Assembly: GCA_025594325.1 (NCBI GenBank) | Contig: JANHCV010000001.1 | Location: forward strand, 2,108,001-2,172,000 | From: Blastocladiella emersonii ATCC 22665 | Lineage: Eukaryota > Fungi > Blastocladiomycota | Length of the DNA stretch: 64,000 nucleotides | Reading direction: 5' to 3' | Part shown: piece by piece, positions 58,058 to 64,000 of the stretch | Layout: each line of letters begins with the position of its first letter | Position numbering within the stretch: position 1 is the stretch's first letter | Translations under genes and position numbers: made by a program | Notes under the pieces: generated by a model | The model's database searches: none | What the model was told of the DNA's origin: nothing | Seen by the model: only the letters and a program-made list of their open reading frames with translations

Positions 58058-59159
58058 ATGGGCAACACGAACTCGACGCCAAATCTGAGCAAGTACGAGA
58101 TTGAACATCTCGCCAAGACCACGGGCTGTACGTCGGCTCTCCGTCGGCACTGCAGTTGTGGCGGAACGCTAACCCCGGCATCCAGTCTCCGAAAGCGAGG
58201 TCAAGCGGCAGTACAAGCTGTTTGCACGAGCATGCCCCTCGGTCCACCCGTACGCGCAGGCCACAGCCGACGAGCCGACCGAGGGCGCCTCCACCATGGC
58301 GCCGACACGCGTCCAGCAGCCGAAACCGACCATGGACCGCGCGGCGATGCGCAAGCTGTACACTCGCTTCTTCCCGTTCGGCGACGCCACCGCCTTCGCC
58401 GACCGTGTCTTTGACGTGCTCGACACCGACCGCGACGGGGAGGTCGGCTTCGAGGAGTTCCTCGGCGCGCTCGCGACCGCGACGCGGACCGACGAAAAGG
58501 GCTCGTCGGAGCGCCTCGTGTGGGCGTTCTGCCTCTACGATATCGACCGCGACGGGTTCATCTCCAAGGACGAGGTTCTCACCGTCGCCCGCGCGCTCGA
58601 CCAGATGGTCGGCCCGCTCGCGTCGACCGTCAACTACGGCGCCGGCGCGCCGATCGCGGGCGGGTCTGCGCCACCCTCGCCGTACCCATCGCTGCCGCGC
58701 CGCCCGTCTTCTATCGCCGTCATGACGCGCCCAGGCGCCACCGCCGCCGCCCCGCCATCGACAGCCCCGCTCGCGCCGCCCGTAACCCCGTCGTCGCCCA
58801 GCCCGTCCAGCAACACGCTCGCCGTCCCCGGGACCTCTGCAGCAGACGGACCAACCGCCAGCCTGCAGCCGCGCAACCCGACTGCGCAGCGGACTCTGTC
58901 CGAGTCCCTGCTTGGCTGGTTGACGCGGTCCGGCTCCACGTCGGGCTCGGCACACGTCGCGCCGGGCATCGTGCTTCCCGCTCCGACCGTGCAGCCCGCG
59001 CCGGTGCGGCAGTCCGAGATCGCGTCGCGCGTCGAGCACCTCTTCAACTTGCTCGATCGCAACCACGATGGGAAAATCCCCTTCGCCGAGTTCAACCACG
59101 CCGTCAAGCAGGACCCGGCCGTGTCACGAGCGCTAAACCTGTTCCAGGGCTTGTATTAA
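58058..59159 (+). CDS. Neuronal calcium sensor/frequenin-family EF-hand protein with large insertions; one intron at ~58128-58184
   Basis: Myristoylation start MGNTNS; LAKTTG|FSESEV; FFPFGDATAFADRVFDVLDTDRDGEVGFEEF; WAFCLYDIDRDGFISKDE; LDRNHDGKIPFAEF…DPAVSRALNLFQGLY. Confidence 0.9.
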
Positions 59160-59313
59160 TTCTACAGTTTCGCGATGTCTCCCATGCGTGTCTCACATCA
59201 CATGATTGTTGAACGCGACGCGTCGCGCTGCGCTCGCGGATTCTTCCCCCCTCCGCGTTGGTTGCTAGTCCCCGTCACAGAAGGAAGAAGTGAATGAAAG
59301 AGTCAATGCAACC

Positions 59314-60249
59314 ATGAGCTCAAGCGCGGGAATGGATCACAGCAGCAAGAAGACGCCCATCGACCGGGTCGTCGACCTCCTGTGGTCGGGCTACGCCCGC
59401 AGCAACTCGATCGTCGACAAGTACTTTCCGCCCATCAAGTTCTTCCTGTTCATGTCCACGGTCCTCATCGTACGCCCACCTCCTGCTCCGCGCAACACGC
59501 GTGAGGTCGTCGGCTGACACGCGCTGCCCGACCACTGCTGCTAGGCGTACTCGATCGGCTGCGCGTGCTTCTTCCTCACGCCGACGCGCGACAGCCTCGA
59601 CCTCGCGACGGCGTTCTCGGGCACGACGACCCCGCACACGGACAGCAGCTGGTTCTTTGCCATGCAGTCGGCGGCGAGCATCCTCTGCACCCTCGTCTGC
59701 GGCATCGTTTACTTCCACAAGCCGACGTGGGAGAAGCCGCAGGGCCGGCGCGTGTTCATGGCCAGCGGCGCTCTGGTACGCTCCATCCGCCGGCGCTCTC
59801 GGGGTCAGATCGGGAACTAACGGACGCTACAGCTCTGCCTCGTGTGCACCATCTCCCTGTTCGCGACGTCCGTCTCGCTGATCGCGACCGACAACCTGCT
59901 CGTTGCGCTCGGCGACCCGTGCAGCAACCCTAGCGCGGCGCCCGCGGCTGCGATCCTGGCCACGCTGCCCGCGGGCACCGGATGCCGCGGCGCGCAGACC
60001 GTGGCCATCAAGAAGACGCTGCTGTACGTCAGCTTCCTGTTCCTCGCATGGACCATGCACGTCGCCGTGACGGCCATCACGCTCCTGCAGCGCCGCGAGT
60101 ACGACCTGGTCCCGGCGACGCCCAACAACGCGACGGCGGCAGTGTCCGTGGCCACGGACCAGGTCACCACATCCAAGGGGCTCGACGGGCTCGGGCTCAA
60201 CGGTGCCGCCGCGTCGGCGGTGCAGGTCGAGAAGTCGGCGGGACTTTGA
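59314..60249 (+). CDS. Hypothetical four-TM (MARVEL/tetraspan-like) membrane protein; two introns
   Basis: Four hydrophobic segments across three exons, with a Cys pair in the second external loop. Confidence 0.6.
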
Positions 60250-60313
60250 TGAGATTGGGCAGCTGAAGCATTGCTATTATAGAACATGTTCTAGATCTCT
60301 GCGACGGTGGCCG

Positions 60314-61855
60314 TCACAACCGAATCCGGATCCCGTAGTAGAAGAGCACGAGGCTGAGCCCGAGCAGCACGCCCATGTACGCAGCGAGGATCGCCAGCGC
60401 CTCGGCCGTCGACGCGCGGATCGTGTCGACGGAGAAGTTGACGGCGCCCGTGAGCAGGTTGGCGACGAGAAACATGACCATGCCGTTAGCGTTCACCGCC
60501 TCGGGGAGCTGGAACGCGGACGTGGCCGTGTCGGTGAACACCCACGAGTCGATGAAGATGAGCAGGCCGAGCATGCCGGCGTTGAACGCGCCCATCCACA
60601 CGACGAACCCGGCGTTGGCCATGCGCCGGCTCACGGCGAGCGGTGACGCGGCAAACTGCAGCGTCATGGCGCCGAGCAGGCCGTGGAACATGAGCCCGAG
60701 CGCGGCCTTGCGCCACCCGCCGACCGACGCCCGCGGGACCGCGAGCCCCGTGCCCGTGTACCGCGCGTAGAGGTAAATGGCCGTGTACCCGAACAGCGAG
60801 AAGAGGCCCTCGCGGTTGGCGGCGATGAAGTTGACGTGGCGCGGCGCGTGCAGGATAAAGTCTTGCACGCCGGCCCACTTGAGCAGGATCTCGTAGTCTA
60901 AGGGTTCCGTCAGTTGTGCGCGCGGGGCTGAAGCAGCGAGGTCGTACCGAACACGATGACCAGGGCGAGGAAAAAGTCGTTCCAGGGGACCCACTTGGTC
61001 GCAATGTTGACCATGGGCCCGAGCGCGGCGAGGGTGAAGAAAAAGTTCCAGTGCACGCCGTACTCGGTGACCACCTCCTGGTAGTCGAGCTGCTTGACGG
61101 ACGCGAGCCGCACGAATCCGAGGATCCATAGCGGAAGCGAGCGGCGCAGTGACGCGGCAAACGAGGTCCTGCGCTTGGCCTCGCCGCGCAGGCCGGCGAC
61201 GAGACCCTGCGAGAACACGGCGACACCGACGCCCACATCCATCTACAAGTGCACGTTAGTGTCCAGTCGCCGGTCAAGCAACGAAACCGCGTACCAGTGA
61301 GGTCCCAAACGTCTCCGTCTTGGCGAGGCAGCGCGGAAACACGGCAAAGTCGACGGCGAGAATCGAGAACCAGGTCAGGATCATGGTCCAGGTTCGGTAC
61401 ATGGTCACGGCCTGCTTCTCCTTGTTGTCGTTGAGCTGGCGCGTCCACTCGGCTGGCGGCACTCCCGCGGACGACTCCCGCTGGCCGCGCGCCGGCATCG
61501 CGAGGGTCAAGAACAGACTGGCGACCAGCGTGAGGAGCATCGGGTCCGCCAAGGGGTCGGGGAAGCAGATGGCGAGGCAGGGGATCGCCACGAGCACCGT
61601 CGCCTCGAGCGCGATACGTGCCCAGCGCGGAATGTCGCGCATGTACCGCATGCCCTTGCCGCGGCGGCTCGCGAACACCTTGAGGCCAAAGTAGCTCACC
61701 TAGAGACGGCGATTACTCTGTGTCAGCTGCGTGTGCCGTGGCAGCGAGCAGACACCGAGGCATACGATCGACACGAGGATGATCCGGTTGAGCTCGTTGA
61801 CGGTGGTCCCGGTCGAGCCCGACACGAAGGCCTCTTTCTCAGCTTTCGTCGACAT
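60314..61855 (-). CDS. GWT1: GPI inositol acyltransferase Gwt1/PIG-W; about four introns
   Basis: KEAFVSGSTGTT; YRTWTMILTWFSILAVDFAVFPRCLAKTETFGTSL|MDVGVG; YQEVVTEYGVHWNFFFTL; ANREGLFSLFGY; VSRRMANAGFV. Confidence 0.95.
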
Positions 61856-62108
61856 GTTGCATCAAGTGAGTTGCATGGGGGGGGGGCGTTGCTGCACCGT
61901 CACGGGCGGTGCGAGCGGCGGATCGACGCGTCGCTCATCCCGCGCCGCACGCCGCCGGCCTGTCCACCGACCACCTCGTGGCCAACTCGCAAGTGGACGC
62001 CGGTCGGATACGGTGGCGCTTGCCTCTTCGCGTGGACGAGAGAGGAGTATAAGAGGCGGTGAGCCCATGGGCGCCGGCCTCGCTCTCCCCAATCGAGGCC
62101 GTCAAACC

Positions 62109-63905
62109 ATGTATCGCCCGCCGTCCAGCAACAACTACCGCGGCCGCGGCGCTCGCGGCGGCTACCACGGCTATCACTCGTCCTCGTCGCGCCCGGACTG
62201 GGAGTCGCCGCCGTTCATGGGCTCGCTCGCGGGGCGCCTGATCGGGCCCAGGGCCGCGCATGTCCGCGCGGTGCAGGACAAGTTCCCGGGTGTACACATC
62301 ATGATCGAGCCGCTTCCCGGACCGTCCGTGATCAAGGGCGACAGTGGCGCCGACATCGAGCACCCGCACGTCGTGCGCATCTATGCTCGGCCGGCCGCGC
62401 TCGGGTCCGTGGACCGCGCCAAGCGCATCTTTGAGGCCTTCCTCAACCAGGTCAACACGGCGTTCCCGCCCAAGATGCGCGTCTTCCTGGCGGTGCCCAG
62501 CGGCAAGTCCGAGCTGCAGTGGGACCTGATCCACGACAGCGACCACATTGTCGGCGCCATCGACACGCCGCCGCCGTACTACCGCGCCGTGCCCGCCGAC
62601 CCGCACTGCCTCCCGCTGGCGACAGTCCCCATTTCGGACGTCGACCAGCTCGCCTTTGGGATGGCCAACCTGTCGACGCACCGCTTCGCTCGCCACCACC
62701 AGCCCATCGTCGTGCTCGACGACGGCACGCGCCGCAGCATCGCCACCACGCTGGCCAAGCGGCGGTCCGAGCTCCTCGCGTGGGCCGCGGCTCGTGTCCC
62801 GGCGGACTGCCCGACCGAGACGGTCGTCAAGCTCAAGGCGTCGCTCGGCGACCTCGTTTTCTCGCGTGTGCGCATGCTGGGCCGGATGCGGGTCGCGGCA
62901 CCCGACCCGCTCGCTCCACTGGGCGGGCCGGCGTACAAGTTCTCGGTCACCGAGCTGTCCGAGGCGCTCGAGGAGAAGAAGGTCAAGTCGGCGTTCAACG
63001 TCGACATGCCCGCCGCCGCCACGGCGGCCGTGTCGAGCGTGCTCAAGCGCCCCTCGCTCGGCTTCGACTGCACGTCGGACGGCAAGGTCAAGCTGATCGC
63101 CAAGTTCCGCCTGCTCAGCGGCGACGCGAACGAGCTGTCGGCGGTGCCTGAACCGTACGCCGTGCAGCGCGAGTACCGCGCCGGGTACCTGTATGAGCCC
63201 GCGACGGACGCGCACCCGGCGCGCATCGTCGTGGATGGCGTGCGGCTCGAGCTGTTGCCCGTCGACAAGTACTCGGTGGTGACGCCCGGCGAGATCGGGT
63301 TCCGCGTGCGCCAGACGGTCCAGGTGTGGGACTCGTCGACGGCTGACGGCAGCGTGCACCCGGACGCGCTCGTGGTCGCACGCCGCGTCCGCGAGTACCT
63401 GACCGACAACATGGCCGTGATTGCCCAGCTCGCCGACCAGGCGCGCGGCGACGCGGGCACCTGTGCGGCCGCGACCAAGGCGACGGCCAAGGCGATGGCG
63501 GACCTGACGTTCCCCGCGCTCGACGAGGCACTCATGGCGAGCTGCTTCTCCATGGCAATCCGCCTCAAGGTCGTCTCGCGCTACATCCGCGGCGCGACGG
63601 CGGTCTCGGTGACGCGCGTGACGACGGCCGTGTCGCAGTACCACCGCAAGTGCCCCGCGCACCTCCAGCAGACGCGCACCGAGGTCAAGGATGGCACCGG
63701 CCGCTTCCTGCTGCACCACAAGCCGCCGCCCGTCAACACGCAGATCACGGCGCGCCATCTCGGGTACCACGACCTGCCCAGTGCCGGGACCAACACGTCC
63801 GACGCCGAGGACGCGATCGCCGGATTCATGCGCTTCCTCGAGCTTCTGGCCGCGCAGGCGACCAAGGCTATGGCCGCGGACGGGTCGTTCTACCCCGCTG
63901 CTTGA
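62109..63905 (+). CDS. Orphan protein with an RGG-like N-terminus, a KH-like domain and an unknown C-terminal domain
   Basis: YRGRGARGGY; LAGRLIGPRAAHVRAVQDKFPGVHIMI…VVRIY (KH-like, GxxG variant); intronless ~598-aa ORF. Confidence 0.65.
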   Translation: MYRPPSSNNYRGRGARGGYHGYHSSSSRPDWESPPFMGSLAGRLIGPRAAHVRAVQDKFPGVHIMIEPLPGPSVIKGDSGADIEHPHVVRIYARPAALGSVDRAKRIFEAFLNQVNTAFPPKMRVFLAVPSGKSELQWDLIHDSDHIVGAIDTPPPYYRAVPADPHCLPLATVPISDVDQLAFGMANLSTHRFARHHQPIVVLDDGTRRSIATTLAKRRSELLAWAAARVPADCPTETVVKLKASLGDLVFSRVRMLGRMRVAAPDPLAPLGGPAYKFSVTELSEALEEKKVKSAFNVDMPAAATAAVSSVLKRPSLGFDCTSDGKVKLIAKFRLLSGDANELSAVPEPYAVQREYRAGYLYEPATDAHPARIVVDGVRLELLPVDKYSVVTPGEIGFRVRQTVQVWDSSTADGSVHPDALVVARRVREYLTDNMAVIAQLADQARGDAGTCAAATKATAKAMADLTFPALDEALMASCFSMAIRLKVVSRYIRGATAVSVTRVTTAVSQYHRKCPAHLQQTRTEVKDGTGRFLLHHKPPPVNTQITARHLGYHDLPSAGTNTSDAEDAIAGFMRFLELLAAQATKAMAADGSFYPAA

Positions 63906-64000
63906 TTTTGTTTCATTGCATACACGTCTGTATTCGTCGATCACTCGCACACAGAGAGGGAGAGGGAGTGAAGCGAGGCCCCAGCGGTCGGGCGAGCGGC

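Noticed and set aside
61877-61886. G10 homopolymer between GWT1 and the KH-like gene
   Set aside because: An isolated run in a short divergent intergenic region, with no supporting structure.

Overview
A GC-rich (~70%), intron-containing eukaryotic window. The gene set (GWT1, CCS1, TUL1, VMA10/VMA16, SPC25, plus CPLANE1-like, MAK/ICK and cNMP-binding genes) and the GTACGT/GTGCGT...CTGAC...YAG introns suggest a zoosporic fungus such as Blastocladiomycota; this is inference. From ~10.8 kb to 64 kb the window holds about 26 densely packed, mostly ordinary genes. The first 10.5 kb is an accessory island. It contains (i) a frameshifted RRM/CCHC gag/ORF1-like gene head-to-head with an intact tRNA-Ser(UGA), (ii) an 860-aa orphan ORF of lower GC, and (iii) a Fanzor1-type RNA-guided nuclease gene. 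The Fanzor has its RuvC D/E/D and zinc-finger residues intact, two predicted spliceosomal introns (~926 aa) and an acidic VP16-like tail. It is followed by a structured candidate omegaRNA that runs into a 5'-truncated second copy of the tRNA-Ser and its conserved 3' flank. The Fanzor and the orphan ORF therefore lie between two ~200-bp direct repeats built on a tRNA gene. No database searches were run: family calls rest on recognised motifs, and exon boundaries were read by eye.
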